From: Squalus acanthias
Taxonomy: Eukaryota
DNA: 64,000 nt
NCBI GenBank assembly: GCA_030390025.1
Contig: CM059433.1
Location: forward strand, 7,504,001-7,568,000
Direction of reading: 5' to 3'
The notes beneath the pieces were generated by a model, which was not told where the DNA came from, searched no databases, and saw only the letters and a list, made by a program, of their open reading frames with translations. Of the stretch, positions 12,183 to 25,750 are shown piece after piece; the stretch's first letter is position 1, and every line of letters begins with the position of its first letter. The position numbers and the translations under genes are program-made.

Positions 12183-15100
12183 TCTAAGTAAAGAAATTAA
12201 GGATAGTATCCGACTAAAAACAAGGACATATAAGGTAGCCAAACTTAATGGGAGGATAGAAGATTGGGAAGTCTTCAAAAGACAGCAAAAAGTAACTAAA
12301 GGATTGATTAAGAAAGGGAAGATAGATTATGAAAATAAATTAGCAAAAAATATAAAAACAGATAGCAAGAGTTTCTATAGTTATATAAAAAGAAAAAGGG
12401 TGGCTAAGGCAAACGTAGGTCCCTTAGAGGAGGAGACCGGGAAGTTAATGGTGGGAAACATGGAGATGGCAAAAATGCTGAACAAATATTTTGTTTCAGT
12501 CTTTACGGTAGAGGACACTAAGAATATCCCAACACTGGACAAACAGGGGGCTCTGGGGTGGGGGGGGTAGAGGAGCTAAATACGATTAAAATCACTAAGG
12601 AATTGGTACTCAGTAAAATAATGGGATTCAAGGCGGATAAATCCCCTGGACCTGATGGCTTACATCCTAGGGTCTTGAGGGAAGTGGCAGTAGGGATTGT
12701 GGATGCTTTGGTAATAATTTTCCAAAATTCCCTGGACTCGGCAAAGGTCCCAGCAGATTGGAAAACTGCTAATGTAACACCCTTATTTAAAAAGGGTAGT
12801 AGGCAGAAGGCTGGAAATTATAGACCAGTTAGCCTAACATCTGTGGTGGGTAAAATTTTGGAGTCTATTATTAAGGAGACAGTAACGGAACATTTAGATA
12901 AACATAATTTAATAGGACAAAGTCAGCATGGCTTTATGAAGGGGAAGTCATGTCTGACAAATTTGCTTGAGTTCTTTGAGGACATAACGTACAGGGTGGA
13001 TAAAGGGGAACCAGTGGACATAGTGTATTTAGACTTCCAAAAGGCATTCGACAAGGTGCCACATAAAAGATTATTGCTCAAGATAAAAAATCACTGGATT
13101 GGGGGGAATATTCTGGCATGGGTGGAGGATTGGTTATCTAATAGGAAGCAGAGAGTTGGGATAAATGGTTCATTCTCGGACTGGCAACCAGTAGCCAGTG
13201 GTGTTCCGCAGGGGTCGGTGCTGGGTCCCCAACTCTTTACAATCTATATTAACGATTTGGAGGAGGGGACCGAGTGTAACATATCAAAGTTTGCAGATGA
13301 TACAAAGATGGGAGGGAAAGTAGAGAGTGAGGAGGACATAAAAAACCTACAAGGGGATATAGACAGGCTGGGTGAGTGGGCAGAGATTTGGCAGATGCAA
13401 TACAATATTGGAAAATGTGAGGTTATGCACTTTGGCAGGAAAAATCAGAGAGCAAGTTATTATCTTAATGGCGAGAAACTGGAAAGTACTGCAGTACAAA
13501 GGGATCTGGGGGTCCTAGTGCAAGAAAATCAAAAAGTTAGTATGCAGGTGCAGCAGGTGATCAAGAAGGCCAACGGAATGTTGGCTTTTATTGCTAGGGG
13601 GATAGATTATAAAAACAGGGAGATATTGCTGCAGTTATATAAGTTATTGGTGAGACCGCACCTGGAATACTGCATACAGTTTTGGTGTCCATACTTAAGA
13701 AGACATACTTGCTCTCGAGGCAGTACAAAGAAGGTTCACTCGGTTAATCCCGGGGATGAGGGGGTGGACATATGAGGAGAGGTTGAGTAGATTGGGACTC
13801 TACTCATTGGAGTTCAGAAGAATGAGAGGTGATCTTATTGAAACATATAAGATTGTGCACTGACCCTTGGAGAACACCACTGTCTACCATCCTCCAGTCT
13901 GAAAAACAGCCATTTACCACAACTCGCTGTTTTCTGTCCTTGAGCCAATTCCTTATCCAAACTGCCATTGACCCACCTATTCCATGAGCCTCAATTTTGT
14001 TAACCAGCCTTCTATGTGGTACTTTGTCAAACGCCTTCCAAAAATTCATGTAGACAACATCCATTGCATTCCCTTCATCAATCCTCTCTGTTACTTCATC
14101 AAAAAATTCAATTAGATTAGTCAAACACGATCTGCCTTTTAATATCTCCAAGTTTGCAGACGACACAAAGCTGGGTGGGCGTGTGTGCTGTGAGGAGGAT
14201 GCAGAGAAACTCCAGTATGATTTGGACAGGTTGGGTGATTGGGCAGATGCAGTATAATGTGGATAAATGTGAAGTTATCCACTTTGGTGGCAAAAACAGG
14301 AAGGCAGATTATTATCTGAACGGCAATAGATTGGGAAAAGGGGAAGTGCAACGAGACCTGGGTGTCCTTGTGCACCAGTCGCTGAAGGTAAGCATGCAGG
14401 TGCAGCAGGCAGTTAAGAAGGCAAATGGTATGTTGGCCTTCATAGCGAGTGGATTCGAGTACAGGAGCAAGGATGTCTTGCTGCAGTTGTACAGGGCCTT
14501 GGTGAGACCACACCTTGAGTATTGTGTGCAGTTTTGGTCGCCTTTTCTGAGGAAGGATGTTCTTGCCATGGAGGGAGTGCAGCGAAGATTCATCAGACTG
14601 ATACCTGGGATGGCAGGAATGACGTATGAAGAGAGATTGGGTCGATTAGGCTTATATTCACTAGAGTTTAGAAGAATGAGAGGGGATCTCATTGAAACTT
14701 ATAAAATTCTAACAGGACTAGACAGACTAGATGCAGGAAGGCTGTTCCTGATGGCGGGGGAGTCCAGAATCAGGGGTGAAGTAACAGGTATCAAGGATAA
14801 GGGGTAAGCCATTTATGACTGAGATGAGGAGGAATTTCTTCAGCTAGAATATGGTGAACCTGTGGAATTCTCTACCACAGAAGGCAGTTGAGGCCAATTC
14901 ATTAAATATATTCAAGAAGGAGTTAGATATATTTCTTAAGGCTAAGAGGATCAAGGAATATGGGGAGAAAGCAGGGACAGGGTACTGAATTTGGATGATC
15001 AGCCATGATCGCATCGAATGGCGGAGCAGGCTCGAGGGGCCGAATGGCCTACTCCTGCTCCTATCTTCTATGTTTCTATGTTTCTATGATCGGGTGGATG

Positions 15101-15541
15101 CGGTAAGGATGTTCCCAAGGATGGGTGAAACTAGAACTAGGGGGTATAATCTTAGAATAAGGGGCTGCTCTTTCAAAACTGAGATGAGGAGAAACTTCTT
15201 CACTCAGAGGGTAGTAGGTCTGTGGAATTTGCTGCCCCAGGAAGCTGTGGAAGCGACATCATTAAATAAATTTAAAACAGAAATAGACAGTTTCCTAGAA
15301 GTAAAGGGAATTAGGGGTTACGGGGAGCGGGCAGGAAATTGGACATGAGGCTGAGTTCGGATCGGTCAAGGCCCTGTGGGTGGCGGAGCAGGCCCAGGGG
15401 CTGAGTGGCCAGGTCCTGCTCCTACTTCTTGTGTTCTTTAGATTTGAGGTTAGGATCAGATCAGCCATGATCTTATTGAATGGCGGAGCAGGCTCGAGGG
15501 GCCGATTGGCCTACACCTGCTCCTATTTCTTATGTTCTTAT
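12183..15541 (+). mobile_element. CR1 LINE, 5'-truncated and frameshifted, split by a nested CR1 at 13857-15087
   Basis: ORFs 12085-12570 and 12558-13775 (KSPGPDG, NYRPVSLTS, KFADDTK). The sequence resumes at about 15088 (DRVDAVRMFP) and ends in a ttcttatg tail. Confidence 0.95.
13857..15087 (+). mobile_element. Nested CR1 3' fragment with an inverted 5' piece (13857-14140 on the minus strand)
   Basis: Minus ORF 13804-14166 (SCLTNLIEFF..KAFDKVPH) abuts plus ORF 14154-14807. The tail is (tttctatg)n. Confidence 0.9.
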
Positions 15542-15739
15542 GAAACAAAACTTGCCTTTCCCTACCTATCTGACAAATACCACCAAGAGGAGGAAGAACA
15601 AGAGTTGCCCTTCCTACTCCTGCAGCCCAGCCCACGGATCTGCCGGCCTGTCAAACATCTTGTCACACAATGGGCCGCCGGCGGACCGGGGTCGCATGCC
15701 GCTCCTAACGACCCACCGACCAAGGTTGGTTTAGGCATG

Positions 15740-15960
15740 GGGAAGCCATCGAGGACCCGTCCCCCGCTCACCTGCTATTGGCTCATCTGCAAAACCATCA
15801 GGACCCCCCCCCCCCCCCCCAATAGCCATTGGTTAGTCGACACCAGTCACAGAAGGTTGGGCGGTGATTGGTGGTGTAGGTTGTCAGTCAGGAGGAGTGC
15901 GGCCCCACCCCCTCTCCCTGATTGGATAGCTTCCTTGGCCGGGGCTGTGTTATTAATGCC
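15740..15960. promoter_or_regulatory. GC/CpG-rich promoter-like patch with clustered CCAAT boxes
   Basis: Five ATTGG/CCAAT pentamers between about 15776 and 15926, plus GC-box-like sequences and raised CpG content. Confidence 0.4.
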
Positions 15961-16509
15961 CCCGCTGTGAGCCTGAGCGGACGATTTCTTTTACTGCGCG
16001 GTACTGTCAAGCTCGTTGCGCGGCTGCGTGCGTAGCTTAAAGGGAACATTGATGGGGGGATGCTTATTATTTCACCTTGTAATGACAGTTTGTGCTTGCC
16101 AACTAATTACAGGGAGGGCCCCTCCCTGTCCAATGGAAGGACCCAATTTCTCTGGAATTGTAAAATTGGTTATACGAACATACGAATTAGGAGGAGTAGG
16201 CCACTCAGCCCTTGGCTGATCTGATTACTCCACATTCCCGCCTACCCCCGATAACCTTTCACCCCCTTACTCACCAAGAATCTATCTACCTCTGCCTTTA
16301 GTGTCCTAGTGGTCTCCTGGACAGCTACCCAGAATAGCTGGATGCAGAGACATGACTAAAATGTATGGAGTGTGCCTTCTAACCACAGCCCCTCCCCACA
16401 GTCAACTGGCATGGAGGGATGACATTTATGGAGCTTGTGCAGAGTTCAGTATGTGTGACGTATGATTTTGAGTTGTCCTTCATGCATTTTGCTGCAGGTG
16501 TTGTTTAGG

Positions 16510-16960
16510 ATCTGGCATCGGGCATTTATTGTCAATTCCAAACTGCACTCCGATGGTGGTGGTTGGCTTTCTTTTGAACCTCCTCAGTACCTGTAGTGAT
16601 GGTGCTCCCAAAGTGGTGTTAGGTTGGGAATTCCAGGATTTTGGCCCAGCACTGAAAACAGCAGCAGTATATGTTCATATCAAGATGGTGTGGGACTTGG
16701 AGGAAAATTTGCAGGTGATGGTGTTTCCATAACCTTGCTGCTCTTACTCTTATCCTTCTGGGTGATAGAGACAGCAAGGCTAGTAGGTCCTGTCAAAGTA
16801 AGCTTGGCATGCTGCAGTACATCCTGTAGAAGGATAGTATATACAGTAGCCACAGTGTGCTGGTCGAAGAGGGGGTCGATATAGAGTCTAGTGGCAGGGG
16901 TGCCAATCACCTGATGCATGCCTTGCATTTGATGTTTTTTAAAGCATACCACAGCACTTT
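16510..16960 (-). mobile_element. Degraded 3' end of the same LINE family as 37066-40366
   Basis: gcatttattg.., ccaggatttt, gtgatggtgttt and ggggtgccaatca run parallel to 37110-37500. Confidence 0.7.
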
Positions 16961-17944
16961 TTTGTTACTTCTGAAAACATCACCTGCAGAGCAATGAAAA
17001 TGTCAAGTTTTGACCTTTGTACTTTGAATTTTTCCTTTTTAATGACTACTGTAACCAGCAGTATATAGCCAATGTCTACTTGATTGCTTGCACAGATTTG
17101 GTTTCCACGTCATTAGAGATTGAACGTGATTGAGCGATGAAAGTGACCATTATTTAAATGAGAGTGAGTGGAAAAGAGAGAGAGAAAAATAAAGAAATAA
17201 GTGAGTGCGAGTGAAAAAAAAACACACTGCACAGAATTGGATGTTAAAGACTCAAGAATTTTGCTTAAATAAGAAGTTCTACGAGTTTCTGGCACTAGAT
17301 GTGAATTAACAAATACTCTAAGTCCATTCATTTCCAAAATGTGACAAAGGCATCTGATGAAAATTACAAAATACTACATCAACTGTTTAATTAACCATTA
17401 AGCTCATGAGGACCATAATTAGTCATTTAGGCTGCCACAAAAAGAAAGGCACCAAGATACAAAGTAAGGGATAAAGGTCAAGTGCTTGCAGAATACAGGA
17501 TGAAACATGGATATTGGTCAAGTGCTCTTGGGAAGATGAGCAGGCCAAGGATGCACAACAAACATTTCTAAATATTTTTGATAAAAAGTGAACCCCAGGT
17601 GTAGTTACTGTATTTTGTTAATCTTTCATTGCTCAATATTCACTGGAGAATATTTCTGAAATCATCAAGCTAGACAAAGTATGACTTTAATATCTGCTAT
17701 GGTTCTGTTCAATGAAGGTTTTCATTCAAGGGGCCAAAAATGTGAGAAAATAACAAGCTTTGTCATAATCAAAATGTCTTTTTTGTTGCCACTTTTTCTC
17801 CCACCACAGTCCCATGGGTGCCAAACATCCTTTGGTACCTCATCCTTCATGTGCGACCTAAGTATTAACAGGTTATTCAAGCACAGAGGACAACACCACA
17901 GAACTTCCCTGAAGTTTACACAAATAACACTACCATCAGGTCAT

Positions 17945-19237
17945 CTATTAGGATCAAGGATAGTCAGCATGGCTTTGTCAGGGGTAGATCACATCTAACC
18001 AATTTGATTGAATTTTTCGAGGGGGTGACTCAGTGTGTGGATGAGGGTAGTGCAGTTGATGTAGTCTACATGGACTCCAGTAAGGCTTTTGACAAAGTCC
18101 CGCATGGGAGACTGGTCAAGAAGGTAAGAGGCCATGGGATCCAGGGCAATTTGGCACATTGAATCCAAAATTGGCTTAGTGGCAGGAGGCAGAGGATGAT
18201 GGCCGAAGGTTGTTTTTGTGACTGGAAGCCTGTGTCCAGTGGTGTACCGCAGGGATCAGTGCTGGGTCCTTTGCTGTTTGTAGTGTACATTAATGATTTA
18301 GATATGAATGTAGGAGGTATGATCAGTAAGTTCGCAGATGACACGAAAATTGGTGGAGTGGTAAATAGCGAGGAGGGAAGCCTCAGGCTACAGGACGATA
18401 TAGACGGGTTGGTCAGAACAGTGGCAAATGGAATTTAACCCTGAAAAGTGTGAGGTGATGCATTTTGGGAGGACTAACAAGGCAAGGGAATACACAATGA
18501 ATGGTAGGACCCTAGGAAGGACAGAGGATCAGAGGGACCTTGGTGTGAATGTACATAGATCCCTGAAGGCAGCAGGACAGGTAGATAAGGTGGTTAAAAA
18601 GGCATATGGGATGCCTTCATTAGCCGAGGCATAGAATATAAGAGCAGGGAGGTTATGATGGAGCTGTACAAAACGCTAGTTAGGCCACAGCTGGAATACT
18701 GTGTGCAGTTCTAGTCGCCACACTATAGGAAAGATGTGATTGAATTGGAGAGGGTGCAGAGGAGATTCACCAGGATGTTACCTGGGCTGGAGCGCTTCAG
18801 CTATGAGGAGAGACTGGACAGGCTGGGGTTGTTTTCCTTGGAGCAGAGAAGGTTGAGGGGGGACCTGATTGGAGGTGTACAAAATTATGAGGGGCATAGA
18901 TAGGATAGATAGAAAGGAACTTTTCCCCTTAGTAGAGGGGTCAATAACCAGGGGGCATAGTTTCAAGGTTAGGGGCAGGAGGTTTAGAGGGGATTTGAGG
19001 GAAAACTTTTTCACCCAGAGGGTGGTTGAAATCTGGAACTCACTGCCTGAAAGGGTGGTAGAGGCAGGAACCCTCACAACATTCAAGAAGCATTTAGATG
19101 AGCACTTGAAACGCCATAGCATACAAGGCTACGGACCAAGTGCTGGAAAATGGGATTAGAATAGACAGGGCTTGATGGCCGGTGTGGACACGATGGGCCA
19201 AAGGGCCTCTTTCTGTGCTGTATAACTCTATGACTCT
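17945..19237 (+). mobile_element. CR1 LINE, 5'-truncated, with stops and frameshifts; same subfamily as 4347-5858
   Basis: [17 protein letters not shown] and the same ctctatga tail. Confidence 0.95.
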
Positions 19238-21894
19238 AGGAGTAGGATACTGGCTGATTTTTTCCCCCTCCCAAACACAGATATGCAGAGGCCAATTGCA
19301 ACACCCCTGTACATTTCTGACTGGGATCAATTAACTCAGCACAAACTAGAAATCAACCCCAAGACCTTCTGGCATGTATAGCTTAGTGCAACACCCTGCA
19401 GTGCTTTTACCCACCAGGTGGAGTTGTGTACTTCATTGGATCTGAAGGGATTTAAAACATCAGTTTGGTCAGATAAATTGAAGTCTTTTAAAAGGCAAGA
19501 TATGTATTACATAAATTGGAAGTGTGGATTTTGAAGACACTGCGTACATTTGCATAAAATTAATTAAAATATTTTCACAGCCAACAAAGAAGAACTCAAA
19601 AGTGCCATGCCACAAATGCAGATGAGTTGATACTCCAATTTCTGATGAGGCGTCAAGCAAATACCAAGTGCTTTCCAGCAGGCAATGACAGAAAGCAAGA
19701 GGCCCAATCACTATAGACCAGCCCAACACATCTCTCCAGGTCATTGATGCAGAGTCTTTTTCTCAGTCAAGCAAAGTGCATGGAGAATTAGTATTTCACT
19801 CCTGATAATCAAGTGGTCCTTATTGATTTTTGCACAAGTTCACTATGTGCAAATAAGCAATAATATGAGAGCATACTTTTGCAGTACATACTTAGTTTGA
19901 AAATGTGAAAAGGATAATTATTTAATTGTCCACTCATCTAATATCTAGCTAATGTAAACATGCTCCAAGTAATCTTGCACTGTTCTATTCCAGATATTAC
20001 AAACATTTTTCGGATTATTTTTTGCATGGCAGTATAAATTATATGCATTCTATTTAAGTATAACAACAAACTTTATTACACCATTTCTTGCATCGGTCAT
20101 GATTGCCTAGTCTGTCAATTTTCTTTATTGGCTGTTATTAAGTCTGTGTTTTTCTCCTTTCTAATTAATATTTTCTATATTTGCTATTCACCAATTACAC
20201 TAAAACTACCACATTTCCATTTTCTTCCAAATCATATTCTAGCAAAAACTAATAGTGCAAGGCAGGACCATGACAGCTCCACACATATCCTTCAATAAAC
20301 ACCTAAAAATTAAAATTAAGCAGATATAGAAAAAAATACAAACATTCCCATAAACTTAGCTCCAGCAATTACCTCACACTTTGCATAAGCATTATGGTGC
20401 ACCCTATCAAGCCTCTAGACTCACTACATGCTCTCCCAGTAAACAGAGAAAAATGTCTATTAAGTTTGTTCATCAATGACACCGGCAGTACCTTTCCCAG
20501 GAGGCACCACAGCTTTTTCTCAGCAGAGGAAGTCTCAGAAGCTACGATACAGCCAGTCCCCCCAAAAAATGCACAGAGGATCATCTGCTGGAGTTTCTTA
20601 AGGTAGCCTAATTGCCGAACTCCAGTGTGGCCACCCCTCTTCCACCACCACCAAAAGCAAGCACAAAAGTCTGCCTGCTGGCATTTGTTAGACAGCTGCC
20701 CAAACTTGGCATGTAGTACACTGAATATGCAGTCTTGCATAAAATATAATACTCCAATTCCCTCATTTTACAGGAAACTAATGATACCTAATACCTACCC
20801 CTACTCTCTGAATTATATTGAGTTTTTTTCCCCTTAAATTATTTTACCAGAAAAACATAATTCTGAAATCTGAGCTGGCAGAGCCATTGCAGAAAACATA
20901 CTAGTAATGAACACTACAAAGCTTGCACAGGACAGCTGGCCAAGTTTAAACTGCTGTGCATTTCCTTTGCTCAGCTTTTTCAGCTTGCAATCACAATACT
21001 CAATTCATTTGATATAGATTATTTTATAGTCAAACACTTTTTATTTGAAAAAAAAAATACAGTATGATATAGTACACAGAAGACTGTAAGGAGCAATGAA
21101 CAAACCGCAGTACTCCCCCAATAGTTAAAATGTTCAACCCATTACATTAATGAGAAAAATAAGATATAGATCTTGTAGTACAAACACAGATCAGTATCAC
21201 CAACTATTCCATAAACTGCTTTCAGTGCACAAGTATCATATAGCCTTTCAGTACTGTGCCAAAATTGGCAGGATGTGAGCTTTCATCTTCAAACCCTCAC
21301 GTGGCAAGTTTCCATTCTCTCTCAAATCACTGGGAGAGAATTTTTTCAAACTACAACAGTATGTTGTTTACCATTTGAAGCATGGGACAATTTAAAATCA
21401 TACAACAGCTCAGTTGTACGAGCAATTAGCATTAATTTATGCGGTCATAACACCGCACATTTAATATTGGTTTTGGTTCTCTAGTGCAACTTTTAGTTCT
21501 TTCCATTCTTTTCTGGAGGGAAAACTCCATCCCCAAAGGAAAACAAATGACTCTTTCACTTGTCTTTAAAAAGAATAATTGTTTAGTAGATACAATAGGA
21601 AATACTTCTCTCACATCTAGGAGTACAAAAAACGACAGGGACTACTGCCCAAGATGGGTTTTTTTTAAATTTAGCACAATTTTCCCTTCCCCATGGAGAC
21701 CTACCAAGGAGCCACTCAGTTGATATCGATCACAAGCCCCATTAGAGAATGGTCAAACAGCAAGTATATTCAGGCAACTTTCCTCCTTCCTCCTAAGTAA
21801 AGACAGAGATGAAATAACTACTCGATATCTCTGAAGTTTTTTTTATCCTGGATTCCAGATGCTTACCGTCATTTTAAGCAGGCAGAGAGATTAG

Positions 21895-22080
21895 CCTCTC
21901 CACTTCTCTTTCCTCCTTTAAGACGCTCCTTAAAACCTACCTCTTCAACCAAGCTTTTGGTCATCTGCCCCAACATCTCCTTATATGGCTAGGTGTCAAT
22001 TTTTTTTTACATATAAACACTCCTGTGAAGAGCCTTGGGAAGTTTGATTACGTAAAAGGCGCTATATAAGTTGTTGTTGT
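21895..22080 (+). mobile_element. L2 3' end
   Basis: ctccttaaaacctacctctt..ccaagcttttgg..ggcgctatata and a (gtt)n tail. It is the reverse complement of the 50340-50520 region. Confidence 0.7.
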
Positions 22081-22639
22081 AGGCCAATATTCTCTCAGCC
22101 TTTGCTTTGTGTGTATATATTTGAAAAACCCATTACTGTTAATTGAGGTGTCCTATTGGCCTTTTTTTCCCCCCCACCTGCTTTTACTTATTATTATTTA
22201 CTCAATCCTGCTCACACCAGATCTTTGTTTACCATTCTGTACATGCCAACTTAACCACAGCAGCATCTTGTGCCTTTCCATCCCTCTTCATTTGGCTGGA
22301 ATGAGCTTTGTTTGTAGCCTCATCAACATTTTCTTACATCCACCTGAACACACCTTTGGAATACATTTTAAGATTTGAAGTTGGCAGTTCAAAATACATA
22401 TAGGGAACAATAGAAAAGATAAATTGAGGTTTGAGAACTTGATGCATCAGCTTGGTTCAGTTGGTAGTAATTATGTCTAGGTCAAAGATTGTGGCTTTGT
22501 GCCCCATTCTCAGGCTTGAGGCATAATCTCAGCTGGCACTTATACAGTGCTTAGGTCGTATATGCTGTCCTTTTGGTTAAACCAGGGCCTCATCAGCCTA
22601 TCTCTTCTGGTGTTATAGGTCCCAAGACACTATTCAAAG

Positions 22640-22932
22640 AAGAAAGACTTGCATTTATATAGCGCCTTTCACGACCACTGGACGTCTCAAAGCGCTTTAC
22701 AGCCAAGTACTTTTGAAATGGAGTCACTGTTGTAATGTGGGAAACGCGGCAGCCAATTTGCGCACAGCAAGGTCCCACAAACAGCAATGTGATAATGACC
22801 AAATAATCTGTTTTTGTTATGTTGGTTGAGGGATAAATATTGACCAGGACACCTGGGATAACTCCCCTGCTCTTCTTCGAAATAGTGCCATGGGATCTTT
22901 TACGTCCACCTGAGAGAGCAGACGGGGCCTCT
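22640..22932 (-). mobile_element. SacSINE1-like Deu-domain SINE inserted in an older plus-strand copy (about 22445-23130)
   Basis: Reverse complement of the Deu core and the ggcgctatataaatgcaagtctttct tail. Confidence 0.85.
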
Positions 22933-24594
22933 TCAGCATATTCTTCTGGTGTCATGGCCTCCCTCAACCAATACTGCCCAAAAACAGATTAATTGGTCAT
23001 GCATCTCGGGACTGCTTGTGGGATGTTGCTGGTAAAGAAAGGCTGTCTTGTTTGCCCCCATAATGGTCACTTCAGTTTAAAGGGTAAATGTGTGAAGTGC
23101 TTTGAGACATTTCAACATTAGATGCTGTACGTGTAAGTGTAAGTGTAAAATGTGAAATCTTCTAAAACATACTATGAATTTTCAAATAACAAATTGAATT
23201 ATTTAGTGAAGTTTGAATTATTTACAATATAGATTGTACAACGCATGAGTCTTGTAGCATGTTGAGTCACTAGCAGTCATGGAACATCCTAGTTGCATCC
23301 AGAATTTCTGTATAAAAGTTTTTCAATTGACTAAAATTTCAAGACATTATTTGAATACAGTGCTAATTGGTTGAAATATCCAGTGGATTCATATTTAATC
23401 CGTCAAAAGCAGTTCCATTCACTTGGCAGGCAGCAGAAGTTACCAATCAGCAATGAATAATCAGCACAAAACTAAGGAATCAAGTCACTCAAAAAATATT
23501 GTTCCAACTTCTTTTGAAGACCAACTATTCTCCAAAAACTACCACATTGCAGTGCTCTACGCACAAATCAATGCTCCTGGCCTTGCCAAATTGATTCCAT
23601 TCTCATGAGATTTTCATCTCACTCATCAAAGGCGGTTTCTCTTCATTAAAACAGCCTAAGCAAATAGAACTGTCCTAAGTAAAGCAAAACATCAGTACTC
23701 TTTTAAATCAATTTGGTCATTGACATGGCATTTACAATCTCGTGGGATACTATTTGAAAGACAGTGATTTGTTCTGAATAGAATAGCATAGCAATGAAAT
23801 TCTAGATATTTTCTGCAAAAACATGTTTGCACACGATGCGAATGACTAAAAGCAAAGCCATTTTTCCTACATAATGAGACATCCCCCATCATCCTGCAGC
23901 AAGATACTGATTAGAATTTGATATTAGAAGGGCATCAAGCCCAGAGAGGTCCTGGACTTGCCCAAAGGGACAGAAAGATTTTATCCCGCTAAGCAACAGG
24001 AGGCCAACATGATCCTTTGAAGAATTAATACCTACAAGGCAAGTAAAGAATCTGCAGTGGGCTGGTACTGGGATAAATTACCATATGCAAGTCAGCACCT
24101 TTGAGGTCTACAGCAGCCATCACATCTACCTGATGTAATCAACGAGAGCTATAAAGAGAGTCCCTCAGACAACAAAAAACAGTGCTGATGCATTCATGAA
24201 ACCAAACATCTTTCATAGTTCTCTTCCACGTACATAGAATTATACAGCATAGAAACAGGCCATTTGGCTCAACAGGTCTATGTCAGTGTTTATGTTCCAT
24301 ATGAGCCTCCTCCCACGTTACTTAAAGCAGTCATCTGCCCAGGTTCCTTTGGATTGGAGATGCACGACGGAATTCAATTTGGTCCAGATGGATGCTTAAG
24401 GGAACTCCCTATCACCTCAGTTTTCATATCTATTTACTATACTTTCTAGAGTGGTGTGTATTACATTCTGTTAGCAGCTGCACGACAAACTTCCCAAAGC
24501 AGAATACAAGATTAGACCAGCAGAGGAACAAGAAGGAATGCAAGAAAATGACATCAGAATTGAACTCTTTCAAAGCAGCCATAAACCAACAGAC

Positions 24595-24740
24595 CTATGT
24601 TACAACAATTTGCATTTATATAGAGCCTTTAAAGTAATAAAGCGCCTCAAGGTGCTTCACAGGATAGTAATCAAAGATTTACACCGAGCCAAAGAAGGAG
24701 ACATTAGGACAGGTGACCAAAAGCTTAGTTAAAGAGGTAT
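24595..24740 (-). mobile_element. L2 3' end fragment
   Basis: acaacaatttgcatttatatag..ggacaggtgaccaaaagctt matches 50343-50470. Confidence 0.65.
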
Positions 24741-25439
24741 GTTAATCATTTTATCCAATGGGAAGCAGGGCATTTTTTTTTTTAATTTCCTCACCTATTT
24801 ATATTTACCAACAGCAATTATATCCCCCTCCTCTGCCAAAAAAATAGATTTTGTCACCATAATGGAAAGATAAACCATAAATTAAACTGAAACTGAAGTT
24901 TCCAAAGTACTGTATAAAGTGCAAAAGTAAAGGCAATAATGTCAAATTCATACTTGGCTTCAACAGAACCCAAAATGATTAAACCTCGCCAACAAAACCC
25001 CTTCTTCCCTCTCCTAAAGATGTTGACTTCTCCTGGGGACAATTCCAATGGGTTGGTAGCCACTTCATCTAAGAGGTCATTCTTCATATGTGAAACTAGA
25101 TGAAGTGTTTGCAGGTTATTCGGCTATGGGGCTATCACAACCAAGCTTGATTCTGTCCTTACCATGTACCATACATGCACACTTTCCAGCAGGATCACTG
25201 GACTTAATTCAGGAGTAGAAACTCTGGCTGCTACTTTTTTTCTTTTGCATAGGCCAGAGACAAAGGGGCCAATCATAACACCTACATCAGTGGCCTGACA
25301 TTAGCTAATTCAACACAGACTGGAGATCAAACCCAAAACTCTTGTTCTGTATAGCTGAACATTTTATCACACACACTTAGCCTTTAGGGGTCCATAATAT
25401 GCCGAGTTTTTTTTTAATGGAAATTATACTGGGAACTTG

Positions 25440-25750
25440 CTGGCAGTGAATTAAAACACTGCTCTTTCACCTCTGGGACCTGGTTTGAATTCAGCCCAGA
25501 TTGACAACGCCTCACTCTCACACACATAAGGACTCCAAGCGAAATGACGTTGCATAGCTTTAATTCAGTTTCAAAGGAATCGAGTGTACCGCAGAAAACC
25601 ATTTATAATTCAGTACTAACTGGCTGATGGTCTCAAAAGGACCACAGGGATTACTGTTCTGAAAGAATGGTCATACTGGTGCAGTAAAAAGTGCTCCGAG
25701 AGATTCAAGGGAAAGGCATAAAGCTACAGCAGTGTAGAGAAAACTTTAAT
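25440..25750 (+). mobile_element. Old tRNA-derived SINE resembling the LF-SINE head
   Basis: ctttcacctctgggacctggtttgaattcagcccag resembles the LF-SINE 5' region as I recall it. Confidence 0.45.

Noticed and set aside
15380..15970. 196-aa ORF
   Set aside because: It starts in a CR1 3' UTR, crosses low-complexity GC DNA and shows no recognisable domain.
17076..17099. Minus-strand KSVQAIK resembling ASAP2 exon 2 (KSVKAIN)
   Set aside because: An immediate stop codon, no upstream ALDVDR-like match and no fitting splice sites.
19500..24200. Repeat-poor intronic stretches as conserved enhancers
   Set aside because: This cannot be supported without cross-species alignment.
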